From positions 64,001 to 128,000 of the IMG/VR virus record IMGVR_UViG_3300012662_000009: 64,000 nucleotides of DNA; one strand, 5' to 3'. Below, in pieces: positions 41,293 through 50,933 of the stretch. Source of the DNA: a virus. Its lineage: Duplodnaviria > Caudoviricetes. How positions within the stretch are numbered: the first letter of the stretch is position 1; each line of letters begins with the position of its first letter. Both the position numbers and the translations under genes were made by a program. Under the pieces are notes generated by a model. It saw nothing but the letters and a program-made list of their open reading frames with translations, ran no database searches and had not been told where the DNA came from.

Positions 41293-42096
41293 ATGAAAAT
41301 ACAAATAAGCGAGATATTTTGTTCTATCCAAGGTGAAGGAATCTTTTCGGGTGTTCCATCAGTATTCCTAAGGACTAATGGATGTAATCTAAGATGTTGT
41401 TTTGCTGGAGGTTCTATATGCGACACTGCATATACTTCGCATCACCCGGGAATGTCTGAATATACAGATACAAAGGATGTTATAGATGAACTTAAAAAGA
41501 TCTTTAAAGAAAATCCCAATGTACATCATCTGGTCATCACTGGCGGCGAGCCTATGATTCAACAAAAGGCTCTTATAGAAGTACTTAAAAATCTTGAGGA
41601 AAATCCGGTAAATCTCCCTACTATTACAGTTGAAACAAATGGTTCTATAAGTCCATTGGAAGAATTTTATTATTATGTGGACTTCTGGTCAGTATCACCA
41701 AAACTTTCTACATCAGCATGCTTCGAAGGAACTGATATACTAAAGGAATTACAAGAACTTCATAATAAAAATCGTATAAACATCAAGTCTTTATATGATA
41801 TTATTATGTCTTCTCGTAAAGTCCAGATGAAATTTGTTTATTCAGATAGTTCTAATGAAGAGGAAATTAAAGAACTTCTTAAACAAATTTATGATTATGG
41901 ATCTACTACGACAAATTCTTTTACATTCCAAGAACATTTCAACGAGGACTTGCAAATAATGCTCATGCCAGAAGGTCAAATATTGGAGCAGGTTCAGAGG
42001 TCATCTAAAGAAGCTGTCGAAGTATGTATAAAGAATGGCTGGAGATTCACTGATAGACTCCATATCAGAATCTGGGGTGACAAGAGAAAAGTTTAA
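41293..42096 (+). CDS. queE: 7-carboxy-7-deazaguanine synthase QueE (radical SAM)
   Basis: EIF-SIQGEG, GCNLRC..CDT, ITGGEP, VETNG, SPK and RLH..WG. Confidence 0.92.
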   Translation: MKIQISEIFCSIQGEGIFSGVPSVFLRTNGCNLRCCFAGGSICDTAYTSHHPGMSEYTDTKDVIDELKKIFKENPNVHHLVITGGEPMIQQKALIEVLKNLEENPVNLPTITVETNGSISPLEEFYYYVDFWSVSPKLSTSACFEGTDILKELQELHNKNRINIKSLYDIIMSSRKVQMKFVYSDSSNEEEIKELLKQIYDYGSTTTNSFTFQEHFNEDLQIMLMPEGQILEQVQRSSKEAVEVCIKNGWRFTDRLHIRIWGDKRKV

Positions 42097-42121
42097 GTTA
42101 GTTATTATATAGTTAGTTGTG

Positions 42122-42156
42122 AAGGCCTCTATAAATAAATTATAGGGGCCTTTTTT
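42122..42156 (+). terminator. Intrinsic terminator
   Basis: AAGGCCTCTATAA...TTATAGGGGCCTT followed by a T-run. Confidence 0.6.
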
Positions 42157-42186
42157 ATATATTTTTATATATACACTTTTAATATT

Positions 42187-42987
42187 ATGATAAAGATCAA
42201 TAGTGAACTTCCGATATGTTTATTAAGTGAAAATAAAAGACTTAATGAATATGACTTTGTATTATTTCATTTATATAATTCTAATCCGGATTATAGGATA
42301 TATTATAAGAATCTCAGTAGATTCTGTATATTAGATAATTCTGCTTATGAATTTTATATAAAAGGCGAGGAACTTAATATGGATTTATATAGAGAAGCTA
42401 TCGATGATCTTATTCCTGACTTTTATATACTTCCTGATGTCCTTATGAATAAAGATAAGACGTTAGAATTATCAAAGAAGTTCTTAAATAAACCCATTAA
42501 TAGTTTATCACCGGATCCAATGGGGACACTGCAAGGCAATACGCCTGAAGAAATGGTAGAGTGTCTTAAAGAATATAAAAAATTAGGCATAAGAGCTATT
42601 GCAATACCTTTTCATAATTATTTTTATACTGAATATAAAGTTGATAGTGATATTAAAGAATTTTTTGAAGAGCAATTTGGAATGATTAATAAAGATCATT
42701 TATATGCTATGGGTAGGATACAATTCATGAGAGATCATAAAGATCTTTTAGAAGAGATGGGTCATGTGCATATATTGGGTTCGCATTGCCCCATAGAAAA
42801 AGTCTTTTACAGAAATTTTCAGACCATGGATACAGGATATCCTGTCAAGTGTGGTATAGCAGGTGAGAAACTCTTTGAAGAAAAGGAAAAACCTAATATT
42901 ATCATTGATGATTTTATGTCAATTCCTCTAAGCCCCATGACAAAGGCTCTTATAATAGACAATATTGAGAAATTTAGAAGGTTATGA
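42187..42987 (+). CDS. TGT-fold / DpdA-like DNA guanine transglycosylase candidate
   Basis: ILDNSAYE, PDV, VHILG and MDTGYP resemble DpdA/TGT motifs. Located between queE and gp47/folE2. Confidence 0.6.
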   Translation: MIKINSELPICLLSENKRLNEYDFVLFHLYNSNPDYRIYYKNLSRFCILDNSAYEFYIKGEELNMDLYREAIDDLIPDFYILPDVLMNKDKTLELSKKFLNKPINSLSPDPMGTLQGNTPEEMVECLKEYKKLGIRAIAIPFHNYFYTEYKVDSDIKEFFEEQFGMINKDHLYAMGRIQFMRDHKDLLEEMGHVHILGSHCPIEKVFYRNFQTMDTGYPVKCGIAGEKLFEEKEKPNIIIDDFMSIPLSPMTKALIIDNIEKFRRL

Positions 42988-43925
42988 TAAAAATACTTAT
43001 AACAGACACTCATTTTGGTATTAAACAAAATTCTATAATATGGCTTAATTCTCAATGTGATTTTATAGAGAAGCAATTAATACCTTATATAAAAAATCTT
43101 AAACAATCAGTTCAATTAATACACCTGGGGGATGTTTTTGATTCCCGCTCAACTATCTCAACACTGGTGGCATCTCGTATAGTAAAAATTTTCAGGTTAT
43201 TGCGAGAGGTTGTTGAAGAATTTATAATAATAGATGGAAATCATGACTATTACTCACCCAATTCAGATGAGGTTGATACTTTAAGTCTTTTATTGAAGAA
43301 TATGGATATTCATATAATAAATAGAAATATTCTCATCAAAGGATCTGATATGTTCATTCCGTGGTATCAATGGGATCCTATAAAGATTCAAGAAAGAGTT
43401 AATAAAAGTAATATAAAAAATATCTTTACACATGCTGATATAGTAACTGAAGGATGTCCTGTAACAAGCTGCAATGTATATTCGGGTCATATACATATAC
43501 CTTACATCAAAGGACCTATAAGGAATCTTGGATCTTGTTATGCACTCAATTTTGGTGATTCAAATAGTGAAAGAGGTTTTTATAAATTAGAAGGAGATAA
43601 CCTCGAATTTATACCCAATGAATATTCTATAAAATTCCATAGGATATATAATGATGAAATATTTGAAAATCATACATTTAATAATAATGATTATATAGAG
43701 ATATATATAGATGACAATAAAATGTCTGTAAAAGAATATAATGATAAGTTATCATATTATACAAAAAAATATAAGAATCTTCGCATAATACCGAATAAAA
43801 CTTCTATAGGAGACATTGATTGCGAATCCTTGAGAAGTTATGATCTCACAACTATTATAAAAAGTCTTATTCCTAAAGAACTTAAAGAAAAATTTAAGAT
43901 CATAGAAGATCGAGTGGAATATTAA
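42984..43925 (+). CDS. Recombination nuclease subunit (T4 gp47 / Mre11-SbcD-like)
   Basis: DTHFG, LGDVFD, GNHD and SGHIH metallophosphoesterase motifs. Confidence 0.85.
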   Translation: MIKILITDTHFGIKQNSIIWLNSQCDFIEKQLIPYIKNLKQSVQLIHLGDVFDSRSTISTLVASRIVKIFRLLREVVEEFIIIDGNHDYYSPNSDEVDTLSLLLKNMDIHIINRNILIKGSDMFIPWYQWDPIKIQERVNKSNIKNIFTHADIVTEGCPVTSCNVYSGHIHIPYIKGPIRNLGSCYALNFGDSNSERGFYKLEGDNLEFIPNEYSIKFHRIYNDEIFENHTFNNNDYIEIYIDDNKMSVKEYNDKLSYYTKKYKNLRIIPNKTSIGDIDCESLRSYDLTTIIKSLIPKELKEKFKIIEDRVEY

Positions 43926-43976
43926 AAATGTGGTTACATTTTAATATATAATATCATATTACAACAAAATAAGAAT

Positions 43977-44936
43977 ATGAACAAAGACATTAAAGTAAAA
44001 GATCTCAAGAGAGATTATGATATGGGATTTGAACCCACAGAAGATTATTTAGATTCTATGCCTGATATGCAAAACGCCCCTTATAGTTCTAAATATCGCA
44101 TTAATAAAGTAGGTATACATAATTTCAAAATGCCTCTTAAGGTTATTCAAAAAGATGGAGGGTCTCAAGAGGTTATGGCTACAATAACTGGTACAGTTTC
44201 ATTAGAGGCCAATAAAGCAGGTATTAATATGTCCCGTATTATCAGAACTGCTTATAAATCAGTAGATGATATCTTTAGCATTGATAAACTTTGCGATGTC
44301 CTTACGAATTATAAAAAAGACCTTCATAGCTTCGATGCTCATATTATTATGAAATTTCCTTATAGACTCTGGCAGAACGCGCTGAAATCTAAAAAAGGCT
44401 CTGGAGAACCTGAAGGGGGCTGGCAATATTATGACGTGACTTTTGATGTTAATCTTAATAAAGAAGGTCAATTCAGAAAAGTTATGTATATTGATTATAT
44501 ATATTCCAGTGCATGCCCTTGTAGCACCGCTCTATCGGAATATGCTGCGTATACTAGGGGGGTTTATGGAATACCCCATTCACAACGATCTGTAGTTAAA
44601 TTAGGTATTGAATTTGATAAACTTATATGGATCGAAGATGTTATTTCAAAATGCCGAGAAGTGGTTCCTACGGAGACTTTGGTGTTCTGCAAAAGAATCG
44701 ATGAAATGCAATTTGCGATCTTAAATGGTGCTCAACCCAAATTCGTAGAGGATGCAGCTCGAATATTTGCTAATATGCTTGATGAAATGCCTGATGTAAT
44801 TGATTACAGGATTATCCTAAGCCATTTAGAAAGTCTGCATGATCATAATGCTATAGCGGTGATTACTAAGGATATAAAAGGATCTAAATTTGACGATGAA
44901 ATTTCTTATGAAGACTTTAATGCTTTGATCCGTTAA
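43977..44936 (+). CDS. folE2: GTP cyclohydrolase I type B
   Basis: GINMSR, SACPCS, PHSQRS, KFVEDAAR and ESLH-HNA. Confidence 0.9.
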   Translation: MNKDIKVKDLKRDYDMGFEPTEDYLDSMPDMQNAPYSSKYRINKVGIHNFKMPLKVIQKDGGSQEVMATITGTVSLEANKAGINMSRIIRTAYKSVDDIFSIDKLCDVLTNYKKDLHSFDAHIIMKFPYRLWQNALKSKKGSGEPEGGWQYYDVTFDVNLNKEGQFRKVMYIDYIYSSACPCSTALSEYAAYTRGVYGIPHSQRSVVKLGIEFDKLIWIEDVISKCREVVPTETLVFCKRIDEMQFAILNGAQPKFVEDAARIFANMLDEMPDVIDYRIILSHLESLHDHNAIAVITKDIKGSKFDDEISYEDFNALIR

Positions 44937-45025
44937 ATATTTTGTAAACATTGTTAACGAGCCCTTAAGATATACTTGAGGGCTTTGTTTTTATTATTAT
45001 AAGGTTATTATAAAAAAGCCTATAC

Positions 45026-45337
45026 ATGAAAGCGCGTATTAAAGGAACTACGAAGAGCATAGAAATAACTCAGATAAAAGGTATATATAATAACTCCGAT
45101 GTCCTTTATCAAGACTCTGCGGGTCAGACCTATACTAAAGATCAGTTAGACATTACTAATATAATTATTCCATCGAGTACTGCACCCGATTGGTTTAAGA
45201 TTTATACTGATATAGTCATAACATCCCTTAAAGAATTTATAAAACTTAATAAATCAGAAGACTATATTGCGCAAATGTCAATAAAACAAGCTGATAGTCT
45301 TATTAAATTATTGCAAGAAAAATATGAAACATCATAA
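45026..45337 (+). CDS. Hypothetical protein
   Basis: 103-aa ORF. Confidence 0.55.
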   Translation: MKARIKGTTKSIEITQIKGIYNNSDVLYQDSAGQTYTKDQLDITNIIIPSSTAPDWFKIYTDIVITSLKEFIKLNKSEDYIAQMSIKQADSLIKLLQEKYETS

Positions 45338-45416
45338 AATAAATAAAACATGTATCTTAGCTGATATTGTATTAGGATTAAGTATCTTAATATATTGTAT
45401 AATCCTCTTTGCATGA
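45324..45416 (+). CDS. Small membrane peptide (30 aa)
   Basis: MKHHKINKTCILADIVLGLSILIYCIILFA, with ATGA overlap to the next gene. Confidence 0.35.
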   Translation: MKHHKINKTCILADIVLGLSILIYCIILFA

Positions 45417-45727
45417 AATATTATCTGCGCTTTGGAGATATTCCTGTTAATGGTCTATCAAACATCTGGTTAAATAATCAGATCATAGGCCAGGAACTTG
45501 GTGTATCTGCATATGATACTGTTTTAATGACCGATGGATGGCATATAATACTACCTAAACCAATAACTCATAGAGGAATCCACACATTAAATATATTAAT
45601 AAACGATAAAAGACCTGTATACATACTTTCTGGTGAAGAAATAGGCATAGGTACTGATGGAGAACCTCTCCTTAAAAATCCTAAGATTTTATTAGAAATC
45701 ACACGAAATTTTTGGGAGGGTCACTAA
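45413..45727 (+). CDS. Hypothetical phage protein
   Basis: MKYYLRFGDIP...GVSAYD...GTDGEPLL. Confidence 0.6.
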   Translation: MKYYLRFGDIPVNGLSNIWLNNQIIGQELGVSAYDTVLMTDGWHIILPKPITHRGIHTLNILINDKRPVYILSGEEIGIGTDGEPLLKNPKILLEITRNFWEGH

Positions 45728-45761
45728 AGATTTTATAATCATTTGTTATATCAATACATAA
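45722..45761 (+). promoter_or_regulatory. Bipartite promoter-like motif, copy 4
   Basis: CACTAAA-N13-TTTGTTATATCAATACATAA. Confidence 0.65.
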
Positions 45762-45795
45762 AAGATAATATAATTAACTTATAAAACTAACTAAG

Positions 45796-46275
45796 ATGAA
45801 AGAGTTTGAACAATATGATATAACAAAAATTCATCAGCTAAGAATATTCAATCCCTTCAAGAAATTTCTTTTCTTTGGATATGCTTATCGTGATGACACT
45901 CCTGAATATGAAGGTTACACTTATCGTGAAAAAGTGCCGACTGATAATAAAGGTTCCCGAATTGTGTTTGCTATCTCGGTGCAAATGATAATCCTTTATG
46001 TATTATCTATAATTTGGAATATTTTTGGTACAACCACGGCTCATGAAAGTGTAACTTTTACAAGTTCACAGATATGGGTCATTGGGCTTATAGGATATTT
46101 TACAATACCATCATTGATATACTTAATATTAACCCATATAGAAGAAAAACGATATGAGATTATGATGATGGTCGAGGACTTTAATCATGATTCATATAAA
46201 AAATATGCGAAATCACTTTATAGAACCACCATGCATAATAAAATTAGAAATCGTTTAGATGAAATATATAAATAA
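45796..46275 (+). CDS. Membrane protein (2 TM)
   Basis: Two hydrophobic stretches. Confidence 0.6.
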   Translation: MKEFEQYDITKIHQLRIFNPFKKFLFFGYAYRDDTPEYEGYTYREKVPTDNKGSRIVFAISVQMIILYVLSIIWNIFGTTTAHESVTFTSSQIWVIGLIGYFTIPSLIYLILTHIEEKRYEIMMMVEDFNHDSYKKYAKSLYRTTMHNKIRNRLDEIYK

Positions 46276-46308
46276 CTTAATTAATATTAACATATAAAAA
46301 TTACTATC

Positions 46309-46842
46309 ATGAGTGTAGGATATAAAATTCTTAAAGTATCGCGAGGCTTAAAATCAAGCGTAGTAAACAGGTTCAATAATAGTATAAAAGATATCTTAAA
46401 TGATGCGAATGATGCGAATGATGATGATGAAATTACAAGCGAAATTATCGACAATAAAGTTGATGGTTTGAAAAAGATTCTTTTGAAAATGTCTATGAAA
46501 GTGGATGATGACTTCTTCATAGGGACGTTATATCCTGATGTTGATGAATGTTCAGTATATAGGCACCAATATTTCCTCAAAGAAGTGGTAAATCTACTAT
46601 ATAATCTTTTCGATAATGCTGAGCTTTTTGATGATCCCTTAAAGGATGTTTTTGGAGTTCTCAACTATCAAAAAAATCAAATTATGCAAATACCTTATAT
46701 GGATAAGGTTATTAACCGAGCTATGAAGAGACATATTCTCCCAGCCGAAGCTTCGCGCAAACGTTATATTAAGCATTTGGAAAGCGCCTGGAGCAAATTA
46801 GATAATTTATGTAAGGCAACCACAGGTCAATATTGGAAGTAA
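46309..46842 (+). CDS. Hypothetical protein
   Basis: 177-aa ORF. Confidence 0.55.
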   Translation: MSVGYKILKVSRGLKSSVVNRFNNSIKDILNDANDANDDDEITSEIIDNKVDGLKKILLKMSMKVDDDFFIGTLYPDVDECSVYRHQYFLKEVVNLLYNLFDNAELFDDPLKDVFGVLNYQKNQIMQIPYMDKVINRAMKRHILPAEASRKRYIKHLESAWSKLDNLCKATTGQYWK

Positions 46843-46867
46843 TTTTGTTAAAAATGCCAATAAAATA

Positions 46868-46893
46868 AAAAAGAGACCTTAAGGTCTCTTTTT
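46868..46893. terminator. Bidirectional terminator
   Basis: AAAAAGAGACC-TTAA-GGTCTCTTTTT between convergent genes. Confidence 0.7.
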
Positions 46894-46916
46894 TATGTAA
46901 TATGGAATAATATAAA

Positions 46917-47672
46917 TTACTCATAAATAATTTTAACCCACTCACCTTTTGATATATCTTGAGTATATTCTCTATGATTTTTTGTTGTTTTTGTTTTATC
47001 TAAAAAAGCATAACCATATTTAACCTTGTGATTTACAACCAAATTTGCGCCTATATTTTTTATTATATATGGTAACAAATTTTTAAGTTGTTTTTCATCA
47101 AGCATTGAGGAGCTTGGCAATTCAAGTGTAAATATGCCGTCTGCGATTCTTTTATTAACAGTCAATCCCTGGACAGATTTTGCACCATATTGGCGAAAAC
47201 TATTTAATATGCTTATATTTCTATTTTTCTTGACCTTAAAGTCTATATTGACATTTTTTAATTCCTCTATTCCACAGAGTCTAATATCTGAATAAGCTTT
47301 TATATTTAAATCTTTTAATATAGTGGATTTACCTGCAAACATAGATGTCTGCACAGGATCATTAATAGACATTATTGTCCCAGGCAATTTATCTAAATCC
47401 TTTTGAGTTAAATCGGATATATTTATCATCCAGGTCAGGTTATTCTTTGACATATCAAATTGGATAAAATCTGGGATATGATCATATAATATGATTTGCC
47501 GACCATACTTTGAATAAAGACCCTTAGGGCCTGTTAAAAGAAGTTTTTCCGGATTTTTTAGATTTGTATACTGTTTCAACCATGAATATATGGCTTCTGT
47601 TGGGTTTTTATCTACGAGATGTTCCTCGTTATCAAATAATCCTTCTGATAAATATAATTTAATATCTCGCAT
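46917..47672 (-). CDS. Tagged E-(S/G)LFDD family protein
   Basis: MRDIKLYLSE-GLFDNEEHLVDKNP, TQKDLDKLPG and ISKGEW. Confidence 0.7.
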   Translation of the reverse strand: MRDIKLYLSEGLFDNEEHLVDKNPTEAIYSWLKQYTNLKNPEKLLLTGPKGLYSKYGRQIILYDHIPDFIQFDMSKNNLTWMINISDLTQKDLDKLPGTIMSINDPVQTSMFAGKSTILKDLNIKAYSDIRLCGIEELKNVNIDFKVKKNRNISILNSFRQYGAKSVQGLTVNKRIADGIFTLELPSSSMLDEKQLKNLLPYIIKNIGANLVVNHKVKYGYAFLDKTKTTKNHREYTQDISKGEWVKIIYE

Positions 47673-47677
47673 ATATT

Positions 47678-48256
47678 TTAACGTATATTATAAGGATCGC
47701 ACCATTCAGTATAAATGACTTCTAAGCAGAAATTATTCCATATGTTCAATAAAAAACTTACATTATCTTCGCATGAGTCTTTGCTTAATGTGCCATGGTG
47801 TTGTTTATAATAGATATTTATAAGATCCCTTGCAGCTTGATCATTGTCCCAAAGGCCTTGCGGGGTCATAATTTCAAGGATATCATTGGTCATGTTAATA
47901 TCATCTGAAGGAATGGAATCCATCATTTCTTCTATATAATCTATAAATGCCTCATATACAGTAATCATATCAGTTATATTCTTCTCATTATATCCAACAT
48001 ATCCTGAAAATTCATCATGAGTTGCTATATCTAAATTTCTTCTTAACCCTCTATCTAACAATTGTTTTAATTTTTTGAAGGAAAGAACATCCCTAATACT
48101 CTTTAAGTAATCTCGAAGTTCTGATTTGACATATTTAATCTTTTTCTTATCATCCATTTTAGAGCTCATTGATGTTTCACCTATTAGAATTTTTTGTAAG
48201 TTTGATATTACATCCATTGCATTAGACTCTGTTATAAATTGCTGTAAAGATTTCAT
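47678..48256 (-). CDS. Hypothetical protein with capsid-targeting-like N-terminus
   Basis: MKSLQQFITE. C-terminus similar to 22646..23152. Confidence 0.65.
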   Translation of the reverse strand: MKSLQQFITESNAMDVISNLQKILIGETSMSSKMDDKKKIKYVKSELRDYLKSIRDVLSFKKLKQLLDRGLRRNLDIATHDEFSGYVGYNEKNITDMITVYEAFIDYIEEMMDSIPSDDINMTNDILEIMTPQGLWDNDQAARDLINIYYKQHHGTLSKDSCEDNVSFLLNIWNNFCLEVIYTEWCDPYNIR

Positions 48257-48373
48257 TATCTCGTTTTTTATTTATAATATCCAAAAAAAAAACAAATTGT
48301 AAATATGACGTTAAAATTTCATATAATATTAAATATATAAGATATATAACTACTAACTTATATAAAATAAATT

Positions 48374-49543
48374 ATGAGTGGATTATCAGGACATATGTTA
48401 AATCTTTGGGAGGACCTAAGTCTGACTAAAGCAGACCTTAAAGAAATCATCCAGAGATCTTTTGAAAATCGTTTTTGTTTCAAAGAAAAAATTGATGGAT
48501 TCAACATCCACTTCTTTATAAAAGACGGTGAACTCCGCTTCGCAAGAAATAAAAAGGACCTCTTAAATGGGGGTATGGATCTTGACGGAATATGTAATCG
48601 ATGGTTTAATAAAAAAGATATATTTGATGTTTATAAAGATGCTTATATGATCTTATCCGATACTCTGTTCACATTTCAACGAGGTCTTCCCGCATACACT
48701 CCAAAGTTTAAGAATAGCATTGTAACATATAATTGTGAGTGCTTCAAAGCAGGAATCACTAATGTAGTTCCTTATGAGTTCGGTGGAGTAGCTATCCATA
48801 ATATCTGGGAATGGGATCTCGATAGCAATGAAGTGATTATAACAGACTTTAATGATGTTAATAAAGGATATTTTCAGTTCTTGTGTGATCCTTATGTATA
48901 TATAGAACTTAAAGATTCCTACAAATCTTTATATAAATATTATAATGACACCATAGATTCCATATTCGGTCAATGTAAGACCATAGAAGAACTATATCAA
49001 AGGGAGTTTTTAATATACCTTAAAAAAGACTTTGCACATGCTTTTAAACATCCTGAGTATATTAAATATATCTTTAATAGAATCTTCAAAGATGATAATT
49101 CGTTTAATCTTAGGGACTTAAAAAAGATATACAAAGATCCGGAGGAATTTTGTACTGAGAATATTATAAAAACCTTAATAGATCTTAAACAAGATGTCAA
49201 ATATACTTGTTATGGAGAACTTAGGAAAACTCTTATAGAAATAGGAGATGTTCTATTAAGGGATGCAGATTGTTATATTAATCAAATTTATAAATATAAA
49301 GCTCAGGATATTCTGCGAAAAGAAATAAATGACGCTATTGATAGATTGATTAAGTGTGGTAATCAACACACAATAAATATCGCCAGTAAGATTTATCATG
49401 AATATGTTACTGGAGGTTCTACTATAAACCCCCTTGAAGGTGTAGTATTCAATTACAATAATCAAACCTATAAATGGACAGGATCGTTTAGTATTATTAA
49501 TAAAATAATAGGACTATCAAAATCATATGATAAAAAAATTTAA
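48374..49543 (+). CDS. Ligase-fold (covalent nucleotidyltransferase-like) protein
   Basis: KEKIDG (motif I-like), EGVVF (IV-like) and YKWTG (V-like). Confidence 0.5.
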   Translation: MSGLSGHMLNLWEDLSLTKADLKEIIQRSFENRFCFKEKIDGFNIHFFIKDGELRFARNKKDLLNGGMDLDGICNRWFNKKDIFDVYKDAYMILSDTLFTFQRGLPAYTPKFKNSIVTYNCECFKAGITNVVPYEFGGVAIHNIWEWDLDSNEVIITDFNDVNKGYFQFLCDPYVYIELKDSYKSLYKYYNDTIDSIFGQCKTIEELYQREFLIYLKKDFAHAFKHPEYIKYIFNRIFKDDNSFNLRDLKKIYKDPEEFCTENIIKTLIDLKQDVKYTCYGELRKTLIEIGDVLLRDADCYINQIYKYKAQDILRKEINDAIDRLIKCGNQHTINIASKIYHEYVTGGSTINPLEGVVFNYNNQTYKWTGSFSIINKIIGLSKSYDKKI

Positions 49544-50741
49544 ATCCTTTATAACAGAAAAAGATCAAGCTTGGCAAACAATAGCCAGAGACGTTAAAGA
49601 TATATACAATTATATAGATACATCTAAATTTCCTCCATATAGCATCTTCAAAAAATTTATAGAAAACACTGGTGAGACTGATATAAAGTTTATATGCAGG
49701 AATGATGGTGGGTGTTCTTATATAAAGATTCCTTATATATATGATGAATATCTTACCATTGCAGCAAAAAAATCTAATGGAGTATTCACTAAAGGTCCTT
49801 ATAGTGGCAGTAAATGTAATTTTTATTATAATAAAAAGAAATGTATAGAACTTGGTAACGGCTCTGTAAATCGGGTCTCAACAAAAGATCAGGAAAGTAA
49901 TACAATAAGACTTTATAACAACTATTCTAATCTTGTGCAGGAATCTTTAGAGGATATTGAAAATATCGCCCGTGATTTGGCTATAGATAAGACATGGGTG
50001 AAATCTTATAAAATGCAATTGATATCTATTATAAATTATATAGAATCGTTTGGTGGAGCTCCCGGTGATTATAAAATGGCTCGAGTTGATAAAAGTTCCC
50101 CCATAGGGGCCGCCTACGAGGGCATGGTAAATCGTTATAGAATTAAAATAGGACACAAAGATAGAAATACTGTAGATCCTTCTGACGTAATACTATATAA
50201 AAAACAAAACGAAGGTTCGATTATAAATCTCTTAAAATCCATCGAAGACATCAAAGAATTTCGCGAGAAACTTTTTAATACTAAAGAAGTCATCGGAATA
50301 TCCCTCAAAAAGCTCGGTAAGAATAGTAAAGGCGTTTATGAATTTAACAATGGTAAGATCCATATAAAATCTATTAAAGAAATCTATGGTTTCACTCGGA
50401 CATCCAATAAACAAGATCCTTCCAAAGAAGGCAGAGGTATTAAATTTAAAGTTGATTATATAGACGGAGAAGATCAAACAAGGACTATTACATGTGTTCT
50501 CAGGACCTTCGGAAGAGAATCATTAGATTTTAGTATAGACGGTACGACATATCAAGTAGGTAAATCACCCAGAGCTCTTTGGATGAAATATCTTAATGTT
50601 ACTAATAAAGACTCTATGACGGATATCTTTAATAAAATGGAAAATCTCATAAATAACAAACAATATGATATCTTATTGAAGATCATTAAAGGGTCTTTTA
50701 AGGAAGGAGATCAATGCTTTCCTTTTATAATGTTGCATTAA
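49527..50741 (+). CDS. Putative PD-(D/E)xK-like nuclease with capsid-targeting-like N-terminus
   Basis: MIKKFKSFITE, QE, DPSDVIL...IGISLKK. Confidence 0.45.
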   Translation: MIKKFKSFITEKDQAWQTIARDVKDIYNYIDTSKFPPYSIFKKFIENTGETDIKFICRNDGGCSYIKIPYIYDEYLTIAAKKSNGVFTKGPYSGSKCNFYYNKKKCIELGNGSVNRVSTKDQESNTIRLYNNYSNLVQESLEDIENIARDLAIDKTWVKSYKMQLISIINYIESFGGAPGDYKMARVDKSSPIGAAYEGMVNRYRIKIGHKDRNTVDPSDVILYKKQNEGSIINLLKSIEDIKEFREKLFNTKEVIGISLKKLGKNSKGVYEFNNGKIHIKSIKEIYGFTRTSNKQDPSKEGRGIKFKVDYIDGEDQTRTITCVLRTFGRESLDFSIDGTTYQVGKSPRALWMKYLNVTNKDSMTDIFNKMENLINNKQYDILLKIIKGSFKEGDQCFPFIMLH

Positions 50742-50753
50742 AGAGGAGGATTT

Positions 50754-50843
50754 CATAAATGTGATTTAACAAAGAGAAATAGGCTCGATATAGATTTATA
50801 TATCCGAGCCTATTTTGATCGAAATTTAATATGTTTATGTGAG
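50754..50843. repeat. Dispersed palindromic element, copy C (core TATAGATTTATATA)
   Basis: Near-identical to copy B, between convergent genes. Confidence 0.9.
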
Positions 50844-50933
50844 TTTATTATATATTTTAATCTAAGACACCGTTAATATATTGATTCATGATCTTCATAT
50901 AAAATTATTTTATCCTACTATCATTAAATTGGG

